Notes: a model not told the origin generated them from the sequence alone. A stretch of DNA of 32,000 nt from Mycobacterium leprae TN (GCF_000195855.1 NC_002677.1:1620001-1652000); one strand, 5' to 3'. Positions 13,510 to 24,459 are shown, counted from the first letter of the stretch. Program-made: numbers and translations.

Positions 13510-14650
13510 TCAGATACACAACAGAGCGCTGCGCAACCCGGAAACGTGCAGCCGCGATCTTGTGCTTAGAGTATCACGAGCTGATCCGGTGAAATGATTT
13601 CGTCGTGAACGTCCGAGATGCACTGGGCGGCTTTGATGGTCGTCAAACACGACCAGGTAGTGATAGGCATGTCTGATCATCCGGATGACGTCGCGTGTGG
13701 GCAACAGCGTACCGTTGCCGGTTACCGCGTGGCCAGCAGTTGAGGTCAATTCTGTGAGGGTAGTTAGACACGGTCACGATCACCGGCAAATCGTTGTGTG
13801 TACCGAATTTCGGGTTGCCTAGCTGGCACAGGACTAGGATATTGAGTGCGTCGTACTGACGCTGGGCATGGCTGCGCAGCTCCTTTCTCGCGGTTTCCTT
13901 GGTGGGGTTCGCCGCCAAAGCAGGCGGTTTGATCGTCGGGGTTTCATATACCCGACGCGGCGAATCGGGCCAACTAGGCGTCGAGGTTGGCGCGCTAGTC
14001 CAAGGCTTGCGATCAGCCTGCCTATGTTCATCCTGTCGTGGTGCTGAGCTGACTATACGACGCTGTGCTGTCGGGCTTGGTTGCTGTTCGAGAACTTGTC
14101 GTCGGGATTGATCAACAGCGCGCATCGGTTGAGCGACTTTTCTAGTTGATCGGTGCGCAGCTTCGACACTTGCTCGGCAAGGAAACGCTTGGCCCGGTCG
14201 ACTAGTAGACTGGGACCACCTCGGGCAGGTTACGCATAAATGTCTAATTAACTGCAGGTGCTGTCCATACAACACGCTGGCTCGCCACGCCTGTGCCGTC
14301 GCCGGCAATTCCGGCGGCAAATTCTCGCCGGTCATAGTAAATTACGGAGTGAGTTACTCAGCGTCGTTTAGCCTGCGCCGGGCTTCGGCGTAGCTGATCC
14401 GTAAGCAGTTAGTGACCACTCTGTGGACAGTACCGTCCGACGGCGGTGAGATCATTTTTGTCCAGGCTTTGGACAATGTCGTGGCTGACTATCGTCTGTT
14501 GACATTGCCTCATCTCCAGATGCTCGAACACCCGCTAGCCGAAGTGCAGGTGCCAGGTTGTCCACGGTCAACTCGCGGATCGCCGTGACCGCTGCATCGA
14601 TTGCTTTGCAGGCGGCAGTCACCTCGGTCGGTGTGACCGTACAGATCGAA
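13510..14650 (-). pseudogene. REP13E12 / DUF222-HNH repeat family protein relic
   Basis: Minus-strand fragments in several frames: [81 protein letters not shown]. Stops and frameshifts throughout. Confidence 0.78.
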
Positions 14651-15163
14651 CGCATATACGAATAATCATCGAGACGGTGTGACGCGGCGCAGGCATTATC
14701 TGCAGGAAGCAAAAGCATTCACAGGCGGGTAATTTCTTAGTTGACAACCTGACGATTAGTTGTCAAGCGCGTCGGATATATGGCTGTCTTTCGACTTGTA
14801 GATCCGCTAAATCTTAGTTATATATTTTATATGTCTAATACTGCTCTACCATTGCGTGTCCCGAATGCTAAAGACCGTGTAGAGGGATTTGTGGAACAGC
14901 GCGACCTCGACGGCGCGGTTCAGTTTGTTTTGTAGGGAAGCTCGATATCGATCATGGGTGCCGTCGGTTGTTTTGGGCTACCAAGCTTAGGCTCTCTAGA
15001 CGTCGTTGACGACATCGCTTGTGGTCCATCTGGCTAGCGGACAAACAGTGATCTTGAGGCTCAATTGCCACCTATACAGCAGACCGTCGCGCGGCTGGCC
15101 GAGTCAGTCCAGCTGTGTAACGCCGTTGAATAGAGACGAAAAACGAAAGGAAGAAATAGACCA

Positions 15164-15870
15164 TGACTTTCACCTGGACTGTCAGTGGCAGCCGAAGCAA
15201 AATGCAGTTCTACGGCCTGGCGCACCCGTGGCGTCACGGTGTGCTGGTGTCGGTGTAATAAGCAAAGACGCCAAATTCGAGTGATTGCAGAACATAGTCA
15301 GGGGAATGGCCAGGGGACTAGTCTTGACCTAGAAAATCACTACGTCGCCGAGGATTCGGAGAAAGTCGCACCTGACATCTAGCCCGGCGACATCGTCATT
15401 TTCAACACCGGGAGACACCACATAAATACGTTGTATAGCGCCTTATGGTATATGGCTTTCATGCTATATCTATATCTATCGGGATTCTGGAAGGAAGCTG
15501 GTGAGTGTGGTTCGTAACCAAGGACGTCAAAGCGCTCGGTACTGACACCACGGTGTTGTATCACCCGATGGCTTACTTCGCTCGACCCACACTGTCTCGG
15601 CGAACACTTGGATGGTTTGTTTCCTTGGCCGGTGCACGAATACGAGGAAGAGGTCGGCCATAAGATGCTCGATGACTTCTCGGAGTGGGAGCTGGGCCAC
15701 CGGGCGGTTTTGTCGAAGGCCATCTACGGCTTCGAGAACTTTGGTTGCGAGCTGGAAAAGGTCAGCGTCCGCGCGTAACCTTCGTGGTGTTCCCATGGTG
15801 CTGGGTTGGCGGTGACGGATTCATCGTGCGGCTAGCAAGGCCGCGGGGCCGGCCCACGTCGGTGTGAGCG
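15164..15870 (+). pseudogene. Cyclase / kynurenine-formamidase-like metal-dependent hydrolase relic
   Basis: Fragments in changing frames: GTSLDLENHYVAEDSEKVAPDI*PGDIVIFNTGRHH, FVTKDVKALGTDTTVLYHPMA, LSKAIYGFENFGCELEKVS, RVTFVVFPWCWVGGDGFIVRLA. Confidence 0.68.
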
Positions 15871-16283
15871 TTGCCAAGACCGTTGTATCCGCCGGACCCA
15901 TTGCGGCCGATGGCTAGTCTAGACAGTCCCAGGCTTCCGATCTCCTCGGAGGAGATCGTGAAGGCAGCGGCGGAGGCCTATCATGAAGGCGCTCCGCAGG
16001 TGCAGATCTATTTAACCGGAAGAATGGCTACCACGTCGATCATGTGCTCACGATGGTGCGCCAGCTTTTTCCCTGACACGAGCTGGCAAGTTAGCGCGGG
16101 ACACGCGCCGCTGGCGTCGCATACGATCTGTTTTTGCGGAAGTCCTGCTGGGTCCGCTGGGAGATCTTCAATGAGTGTCAACGTCGAAGAACATGACACG
16201 GGCGGTATCCATGTGGATTACCCGCCCGGCCGAGACATTATTTATGGCTGCTAAAGGCTCATTTCAAAAGCCTCAACCAGGCT

Positions 16284-16745
16284 GTGATCGGCGGAACGGC
16301 TGGGCATGGCGCTTTCCACCGTGAGCCGGATTCTCAACGCCCTGCACGACGAAGGGTTGATGGTCCCAGGTACGGTCCGAGGGTGGTTTCGGCTTGGCTC
16401 GGAGATTGCGCGCAGAGTTCGCACGGTGCGACCGGTCCTGGTTATGGATCTGCATCCGTTTCTTGAGGAGCTGTGTTGCGAGCTGCAAGAAACGGTGGAC
16501 CTGTCAATGCTCGACGGAGATCGTGCCAACTTCTTTGATCAGGTCATTGGGCCGCACCGTCTTCAGGCCAGCAGTGCGGTAGAAGAATCGTTCTCGCTGT
16601 ACTGCTGCGCTAATGGCAAAGCGATTCTAGCCAGCCTGCCGCCTGTCCGACGGATTTAAGTGCTGCCCAGTCTACTCATTCGGCTCACCGCGAGCACCAG
16701 CACGACCTGGGCGGCGTTGCACAAGGAGCTCGACCGCATTCGAGT
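16284..16745 (+). pseudogene. IclR-family transcriptional regulator relic (Rv1719-like)
   Basis: MALSTVSRILNALHDEGLMVPGTVRGWFRLGSEIARR (winged helix) and DLHPFLEELCCELQETVDLSMLDGDRANFFDQVIGPHRLQ..FSLYCCANGKAILASL. The effector domain ends early, with remnants out of frame. Confidence 0.82.
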
Positions 16746-17089
16746 CTAAGTTCGTCGCCTATGGCCGCGAAGAACAAAGCGAAGACATCTGCGCAGTGGA
16801 CGTGGCGCCGCAAAGGGCAACTGAGCAAATGGTGGCAGTCAGCGTGCCGGTTCTGACGCGACGGTTCTACGGATGAGAATCCGAACTTGCTCAGGCTCTG
16901 CTAGCGTGGATTGAAATAAAGTGAACTGCTGGTTCGAGTATATGTGAGATGTTTCTAAAAGTATTGCACAGCAGTCTGATTTACTGTTGGCATTTTAGCC
17001 GTAGATTGGAACCATGGACTCTGGCGTTTCTGTGCTGGTGGGGGAGTTAACCGGGGCATTGCTCGGAGTTGGTGAGTACATCTGAATTA

Positions 17090-18150
17090 CGATGCGGTTT
17101 CATGGCGTAAACCTTGATCGGTGGTGGGTTGAGTTCTCGGCGATGATCGATCGGATCGCACTATGTTTCGCTCGTGATCAGCCGTTGCGACATGCCGGCG
17201 GACTCATGCTGGGTATGGTTATCTGTGCTGGACCGGAATTGCTGGACGATTGCCGAGCACCGAGGCGATGCCACCCTAGACGGGTTGCAGCACCTAACTG
17301 TTACGGGTGAAGTGGGACACTGAAGTGGCCCGCTATGATTTGCGCTACTCCGTTGTTGACGCCTTCAGCGATTCTGGTCGTTGACGAAACCGGGAACGTG
17401 AAAAGGGCATTCATTCGATCGGGGTGCAACATCAGTACACCGGCCCTTCTGGGTGCATCGAGAACGAGCAAGTCGTGGTCTATCCGATCTATGCCGCTTC
17501 GCGTGGACATGCCCTAATCGATCCTATCCTGACGATCATGGACCGAAGATCCCAGTCGCTGAGACAATGCCGCGATCCCCACCAACAAAAAGAGTTTCGT
17601 GACCAGACCTACTTCTGGCAGCAGCTTTGGTTGCTCGCGCTGTGCAGGCCAAGGTGCCCGTAGCTTGGGTGGCCGGCGACGAAGTCTATGGAGTCGACCC
17701 AAGCTGCGGGCTGCCATCCGCGGTCACGGTCTGGGCTAAAGTACTGGCCGTGGCAGCCAATCGGCGCGCGCCAACTGCAGCAGTTCCGATTTGCGTGGAT
17801 TGACTCCCATCCCGGCTGCCCATCTGGGTTTGGCAGAAACACTCCGCCGGCACCGGCCAGTCACGGACATCGACTACTACTGCTGCTCAGACTAGAGCAG
17901 GCTTCAGCCTGAAGACGACACCGAGGGCCGTCATTTGCAGATACGCCACAACCATGCCACCGGCGAATTGTCCTAACTGAACTACTACATTGTACACCCC
18001 GCTCCGTTGAGTACAGCTGTACGCTGTAGCCAGTCAACGTTGGCGTATAGAGGAATCCTTTCAAGCCGCCAAATGACTCAGTTTGGTATTGACCAACACC
18101 AGTGACCACGATCTACGTATGCAGAACTAGGGATATTTGGTTATACAACA
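17090..18150 (+). pseudogene. IS701-family-like transposase relic (DDE superfamily endonuclease)
   Basis: Consecutive fragments in shifting frames: LRHAGGLMLGMVICAGPELLDDC.., AILVVDETGNVKRAF, MQHQYTGPSGCIENEQVVVYPIYAASRGHALID, WVAGDEVYGVDPKLRAAIRGHG, and ASQRWRIEESFQAAK near 18038-18082. These resemble the D-D-E core motifs of this family. Confidence 0.78.
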
Positions 18151-18310
18151 TTGATCTGGTTAGTCTTGATGGTCAAGCTGTGCAGGGCCATCGGGTTGGT
18201 CCAAACTGGGGAGGCTGGTGTTCAGCGGAGACACGACCGGTGGGTATCTACTGTATATGTCCATCGTTGTTGTGGATCCGTGAGCTGTAGGTGGTAGTCG
18301 GGCTTGGGAT

Positions 18311-18347
18311 TGATCGGCGGTAGGCTGACAGCCTACCGCCGATCAAC
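18311..18347. repeat. Perfect 18-bp inverted repeat with 1-nt centre (hairpin/terminator-like)
   Basis: TTGATCGGCGGTAGGCTG-A-CAGCCTACCGCCGATCAA read directly. No downstream T tract. Lies 18 nt upstream of the tRNA-Pro gene. Confidence 0.9.
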
Positions 18348-18365
18348 CGGCGACACTTAGCACGA

Positions 18366-18439
18366 CGGGCTGTGGCGCAGTTTGGTAGCGCACTTGACTG
18401 GGGGTCAAGTGGTCGCAGGTTCAAATCCTGTCAGCCCGA
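18366..18439 (+). tRNA. tRNA-Pro (anticodon GGG)
   Basis: CGGGCTG..CAGCCCG acceptor stem; anticodon arm CTTGA-CTGGGGG-TCAAG; T arm CGCAGGTTCAAATCCTGTC; discriminator A; 74 nt. Confidence 0.95.
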
Positions 18440-19019
18440 CCGAAAGAAATAGGTGTTGAGCTGCTGTTCCTCTCTCGTCAGTTCACGAATGCCCTGTTCC
18501 GCTGATATCGATTTAGGGCCATGGCTCTGCGCAATCAGGGTACTAATAGTCAAGTGAGCCTTGCCGAGGATAGGGACCGTCGAGGCCTCTGTGTTTTCAG
18601 AAAGGCCTTTGGTGCGGCCAGAAATTGGTATCGAGCAATGATACAGTTTCAGCGATCTCAACCTGACTCCTTGATAAACGAGAAAGCGGAGAATGTCCTT
18701 TACCAAGGCGTTGTTGGTGACTCCATGCTCGCCGAAATTCCCGGTACCGAATTTCATGGTTTAGTTCAGAGGAACAATTATGAGGCGTTCCAGAAGTGAA
18801 TGGCACATGATTTCTGGCCGCAGTGAATGCATAATTGCCACCAGCATCGATGTCGAACATCTGGATGGGCAGCACCATAAAGCGTTGCTCGGAGAATACG
18901 AACTGTGGTCGATCTGGAGACGTCTCGATACCAGCCCATGGTATCAACGAATTCGTCCACATCCTTTGCAGTAACTAGAATATCTAAAATAGTAAGAAAT
19001 GCTGGTGACCGAGCAAGTT

Positions 19020-19285
19020 GGCGATGTCAGGCATATTCAGCGGTGTTCGGATTGTCGGACTGGGGCGCTGAGGTGATCAAAGTTGAAGGTGTTGGCTCCG
19101 GTGCTACCGGCATGGCGTTGGTTGTTGGCGTGTTTACCTGTGAGACGGCTCGAGTTGACGCCGACTTCATCCTGGAAGTTAGGCAACCGTGGACAACGCA
19201 TTATCGCAATCGACATTAAATCCGAAATGGGTCCGGATTTGTTGGGTTGGTTGTTGGCCATTGCTGAGATGTGTTCCTGACGTAT
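19020..19285 (+). pseudogene. CaiB/BaiF (family III) CoA-transferase N-terminal relic
   Basis: VFGLSDWGAEVIKVEGVGSG and GNRGQRIIAIDIKSEMGPDLLGWLLAIAE in different frames. These match the 'LGADVIKVE..' and 'NRGKRSIALDLKSEEG' motifs. Confidence 0.65.
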
Positions 19286-20404
19286 TGGCTGCCCAGCGCG
19301 CTTGAGTTGGTTCGGCTAAGCGTTTAGGACATCCGTGTGTTTATTGGCTTTGTTGGGTCTTTTCGGGAGGAATGAACGTCGTTGAGGATAAGCCCGATTA
19401 GGCTTCCGCAACGGTGCCGACCATTCTGTGATGCCCGGAACGTCCATGAAATATCCGATTGTCGGGAGGCATTTCGATCGTGACAATCACAGGATGCGCA
19501 ATCAGAGCTTGTCTGACGGCATCCTACATTCTTTCCCCGCTGCGCGTGGATGATGCAGTGTCACATATGGCGGGGAGGACAAGCAGCTGGTCCGCTGATA
19601 CTCGGTCGAGCCCAGGACTCACCAAGGTGGCGAAGCTTACCTGTGCCACTGTCAGCATCAGTAAGCAACCAGCGGTCCGCTGCGGGCCTTCGCTATCCGC
19701 GCCGTAGGCGCCGAGGAGGTACTGGCTGAGACCGTCGATCTGCGATTAGGCAGGATGAGGGATTGGCAGCTGGGCAGTTCAGCGTCGCCTACGAGCTTTG
19801 CCGCCAGTCCTGGTGTGGACGTGGGTTGGCGATCCGCGCTGTCGACCTGGCGTGGTCAGTACGCGGCAGAGCACGGTGGCGAGTACACGAGTACAGCAGT
19901 GGTGAAAGGTGGAGCCGGAGAACGCGGCATCCATCCGGGTCGCGCTACGGACCGACTTCACCCACGCCGGTCGACTCCGAGAATAGGACGGCACAGCCTT
20001 CGACCGCTAAGAGCGAGACCTCAGTCAAGGGGCGGGTTAGGCAGGATAACCTAAAAGGACGAGCTTGGGATCACACAAGACAGTATAAGACGCGCTGCAG
20101 GTGTTCCCTTGTAGGTGGATCGCTTAGGTTTATGGTGCCGATGATAGCCGGCTTTGCGATGACAAGGTAGCGTCTTCGCCTGTTACGTTCGATCCCATTA
20201 CACGGGGCGCGGTCTAGGACGGCCGTTGATGCGGCGCGGAAGCGTTCCTCTTCGAACGGCACGGTGACGATTTGTTTGACCACCGACACATCAGCCGCGC
20301 TCTCGGAATCATCGTTCGCAAGCTGGCCCGGACAGCGTTGAGCAGTCTGCTGGACGGCAGCAGTCGGCTTTGAAAAGCGCTGCGCGACAAAGATCATTGG
20401 CAAG

Positions 20405-21330
20405 ATGCACGATGACGAGGTGGACATCAACGAACACCTGGTGCGATGGCTGCTGAGTATCTGGTTCCCTCATTGAGCCGACCTGCCCCTTATTACTCCG
20501 GTCCGCTTCGCATAGACTGACAACGCCATGTACCGGCTCGGCGGACAACCTTGCTGCCCGGATTCCCGGGATCCACCGGGCTGTCGAGAGCCTGTGGACC
20601 GAACAGCACTGGTTGCCGCGGATCGCCCCGCACTTCCCGGTGCCCAGCCCCATCCCGGCGGGCCTGGGCACCCCGGCGGAGCGCTTCGGATAGCCCTAGC
20701 CAGCTGGCCGCTGGGTCGAAGGAGAGAACCCAGCGGCCAGCTGAACCTAATGGACTCCACCGGGATCGTCCAGAATCTCATCGCCTTCAATCACTGCCCG
20801 GCCCGCCATCGATCTCACCGTCGGGTCGCCCGCGCATCGGTGCGGGCCTCTGGCGATGCGAGACGAGGGGGTCCCCGCCGCACTGCCGGCCCTGGATGGG
20901 CTCATCAATGTCCGGGCGGCCACCTCTGCCTGGGAGGAGGTGCTACGGGTACCGGTGTACGCGGGCCGGCGATATGTTTCCACGGTAACCTATCCTCTTG
21001 ACGGTCCGGGGGTGACTGACTGGCGTTATCGACTTCGATCTCATGGGCTTGGGAGACCCCAGCATCGATCTGAGTCTCGCATGGAGTTTTGCTACCTCCA
21101 CTTGTGCGAAAGTAGTTTCGCACCTTGCTGGGGTCGATTACGACGCTTGGGTACGCGGTAGCGGCTGGGCACTGTCGAGTGCGCTCATCGCACTCCCGTG
21201 CTACAAGGACACCAACCTACGGCTAGCGGACAGCGCTCGCCAAGTCATCCGTGAAATCCTCGCCGACCGGCTAGCACGACAACAAGCCAGGACCACCCAG
21301 TATGCTGACGTCAGCAGCTCTGGTAATTGA
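20405..21330 (+). pseudogene. Aminoglycoside phosphotransferase-family protein relic
   Basis: MHDDEVDINEHLVRWLLSIWFP*ADLPL..TDNAMYRLGG; PALDGLINVRAATSAWEEVLRVPVYAG; FHGNLSSG; GLGDPSIDLSLAWS; DYDAWVRGSGWALSSALIALPCYKDTNLRLADSARQVIREILAD. Several frameshifts and stops; the catalytic HGD reads HGN. Confidence 0.75.
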
Positions 21331-21985
21331 CGTAGTCTGGCCAGACCTCGACAGCGCGCTGCCACCAGGTGGCCTTCTCTTCGCCAAATACCTCACGCGC
21401 GTAGGCGAAAAGTCGATCCGGGTGGGTCCAAATTTGTGTTATCGGCCGCTGCAACGGAAAAATCTCGATGCCAGTGGGTGGTTCGACAGCCTAATGACAT
21501 TCACCCTTCCCGAGACACTCTGGCTTGTGGTGCGCGGTTTCTCGAATCTGTTGTTCGCTTACCCGACGCTCGATCGAGCGACACTGCGCGAGTGCGATGG
21601 GATCACCGCCAACGACTCGCACTGGGCGCCGATCGCATGCTCGAAGTGCTCGCCACTGCACACACCGGAACGCGTGCGCGCTGGCGGCGGAGACCGCGCG
21701 ACGGCCGATGCTCACGCTGGTGGTGAATGAGGTCTATTTCCGCCACACAAAGGCCAGCGAATTGTGGGAGTGGTTCGATTGTCTGCATCTGATTCGGGGC
21801 ACGCAGACCGGTGACACTGTGCCGACGTATCGTGTTGAGGGCCGCACATTATTTCTGATGCGGAATGTGTTTTCTCTTATACAAATTTCCCGCCGATATA
21901 ATATAGATATATGTAGTGGAGCAAGTTCTCATCCGGATGCCTATCGGACAGATACGGCGCGGTCCAGCAGTATAATCTAGGGCGT
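21317..21985 (+). pseudogene. Alanine-racemase-N-domain / amino-acid deaminase-aldolase-like protein relic
   Basis: [19 protein letters not shown]..., MTFTLPETLWLVVRGFSNLLFAYPTLDRATLRE resembles 'GKPIRVASKS...FTLPEALWL...DVLVAYPTVDRAAL'. The downstream part is poorly recognisable. Confidence 0.5.
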
Positions 21986-21994
21986 GCAAGAGGA

Positions 21995-23213
21995 GTGGCC
22001 ACGACCGCAAACACCGCATTGCCAACAGAGCTGGACACGATGCGCGAAGTTGCGGAGGCGTTCGTGCCGATCGAGCGCGCCGCTGGTCAGCCGCAGCCTG
22101 TCAGGTGGGTCGTCAAGCACTTAAGTGTGGCGAGCGCACACAATGCGCACGTAGAGGAAGCACCATTCTACGATGGCTACCCTCGACTGCACGCAAAACT
22201 GACAGCGTTCGGGGTGGCGGTCAGCGTAGCGGGCTTGCTGAGTTGACGTTTCAGGCCAGGCGTCCTTGGTGGGCCTGGGTGCCGGACTGGCGATCGCCGA
22301 TGACTGTTCTAACGGGGACGAGGGTGGTACGCAGGACACTGCAGAAGCCTCGGACAACGTGGAACGTGGTGGCCGAGGTTGGCGATCTCAACGGTACACG
22401 GACGATTGTGGTGTGTGCTCATCACGACGCGGCGCATAACGGCAAGTTTTTTGTGGCCGACTTTCAATAGGTAATAATCGATCGCTTCCCCGGGATTGTT
22501 GAGCGCATCGACACTTTGCTGACCAACCGGCGGCCTGCTGTCTTCGGCGCGCTGCGGGGCAGTCGTAAAATGATAGTCACCGACGCCATAATGGGCGCAA
22601 TCACAATTGCACTGTTAGTCAACATCGTTAGCAGCCCAATTGTCTCGGGCGCTAACGGATAACTGCTCTGCCATTGTTCTGCTAGTCGCGTTGGCCGAAC
22701 TGCTGCGCGATCGGCCAGCATGCGGTGGGCGAGTACTGCTAGTTTAACCGAGTACTGCTAGTTTAACTGGGCGCAGAGGAACAGTTGCAAGGCGGCATGT
22801 GCGGCTTCATGGCTCGTCACAAATCCGAGTTTGAATGCGACCAAACGTACTTTCTGAATTTCGGCACGATCGGCGTGCTGGGAGCTGATCATGCTCGAGG
22901 GCACCACAACTTGGAAGACTACTACCCCCGACGGTTCCATGATCCGGTGGTACGGGCCAACATGCTGCTACACAGAAGCATATGAGCGTGCAACGGCAAA
23001 GACACCGTGCTTATGAGTTGTACAGGTTATTCAACCCCGCGTGCTTCTTATCCATCTATCGCTATAATAATACCCTATTAAGGTATTCTCGAATTATCGC
23101 CAGATCTCCAATACATCTGATAGCCTGGTCTACGAGACCGTGATGTACGTGTTCACTCTTGTTGAAGCGGTGATGTGTGGAGTGGGCGTCAGTGTGGGGA
23201 AACTGTGCCGATG
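21995..23213 (+). pseudogene. M28-family (Zn-dependent) peptidase relic
   Basis: GTRTIVVCAHHDAAHNGKFF; GGMCGFMARHKSEFECDQTYFLNFGTIGVLG..YYPRRFHDPVVRAN; DSLVYETVMYVFTLVEAVM. The pieces lie in different frames. Confidence 0.68.
22731..22768. repeat. Two-copy 19-bp tandem duplication
   Basis: GAGTACTGCTAGTTTAACC GAGTACTGCTAGTTTAACT read directly. Confidence 0.92.
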
Positions 23214-23654
23214 AGCAATTCTGTGCAACGTCGGCGATTGTGTGGACGACCTCGGAGCGGAGGCTGGACTGATTGAGGCGGTTGTGCGGGCAGAGTTAGC
23301 GTGGTGAATCAGTACGGGCACTAGGCATTGGGTCACCGACTGTGCGCTCACCGACGCAGTGATGGCCGACATGACCATTCTTACAGCAGGTCATTAGCTG
23401 CAGACCCCGCAAACTGGTTTGGTGACGATTGAGGTTTGGTGCGTAGTTGCATACATAGTCTAAGGTCTGCAGCTGGCTGTGCACGGACGCGGGGTGGAGA
23501 ACCAGAGTGATATTCGATGCCCAGTCGATCATCAGCGCTACTGCGATCGCGACGCATGGGTCCGGAGTACGTTTTCCGAACTTGTTGGCGCGGATCGTTG
23601 CGGTGCGACACGTTACCGTAACCGGTGACGTGTAAATTTTAGACGGAAGGCTCA

Positions 23655-24459
23655 AACGCTGGTGCCTAGCTAGGCGCGGGTGTCGCTGAGTGCGTTAGGG
23701 ATAATCTCGCAAGTCACCGTCCAAGCGGTGCCGCTCTACACTCTAAATCGCCGTGACGAACGACGTACGCTAACCAATATCCTGGAAAACCTCGACGAAC
23801 ATGTCTATGGCAATGACCACTTTGGATTTTCTGTATTTCCTTATTTTGACACGGCTTTGACGAGAATCTACCCGATGCACCGATGAATCGCCCACGAGCA
23901 GGTGGAAAATGGGCGACGGGGCATGATTTTCCGTACTGGGGCACCACTTTCTCCGTACCGCCCCGACTCTTAATCGCCTTATGAAGAAGGTGATCTCGAA
24001 TTTCACCGTCCAGGACTAAGCCTACAAGGTGTACGCGATCGAGTGGAAGGTCAAGTTCACCGAGATGAAATATTCGATCCCTTACGGGCACATACGCGTA
24101 GCGATCCAGCAGATCGTCGACCTTGTGCGCCGTCACAACTTGCCGATCATGTTCCCGCTCGAGGTGCGCTTAGCGGTGTCTGACGATGTCTTTACTATCT
24201 ATTGAGCATAGGCGTGACAGACTGCTACTTCGGTGTCCATCAGTACACCGTGATGGAATTCGAGACCTATTTTCGTGTCATCGAGACAATCATGGATGAA
24301 TATGCCGGCCGGCCACGTTGGGGCAAGCGTCACTATCAGAACTCCGGTACGTTGCTCGAGCGGTAGACCGGATGGCACTTTTTCACCGGCATCCGCGACC
24401 GCCTCTACCCTGACGGCATCTTTATTAACGACTACACCCGGCGCGTGCTGGAGCTCTGA
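23655..24459 (+). pseudogene. FAD-linked D-arabinono/L-gulono-1,4-lactone oxidase relic (Rv1771-like), C-terminal two-thirds
   Basis: ARVSLSALGIISQVTVQAVPLYTLNRRDE...LENLDEHVYGNDHFGFSVFPYFDTALTR; FTEMKYSIPYG; RRHNLPIMFPLEVRLAVS; TCYFGVHQYTVMEFETYFRVIETIMDEYAGRPRWGKRHYQNSG; DGIFINDYTRRVLEL*. Spread over several frames. Confidence 0.82.

Noticed and set aside
15871-16254. 127-aa ORF between the cyclase and IclR relics (..MASLDSPRLPISSEEIVKAAAEAYHEGAPQVQIYL..), considered as an intact novel gene or cupin relic.
   Set aside because: Partly protein-like, but composition and frame deteriorate after about 50 residues. Family assignment could not be supported by eye.
18431-18757. 108-aa minus-strand ORF.
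   Set aside because: It ends inside the tRNA-Pro gene, shows no recognisable domain, and overlaps another open frame (18521-18799 +). Treated as chance openness in decayed DNA.
19439-20400. Open frames 19459-19707, 19755-20054, 19763-20170 and 20071-20430 considered as an unknown operon.
   Set aside because: Short, overlapping on both strands, and without recognisable motifs or ordered starts. More consistent with degraded DNA.
20551-20988. Pair of long overlapping plus ORFs (20528-21001 and 20551-20988) plus the antisense ORF 20309-20671 as possible novel genes.
   Set aside because: Once frameshifts are allowed, the region reads as one APH-family relic; the extra ORFs come from high GC.
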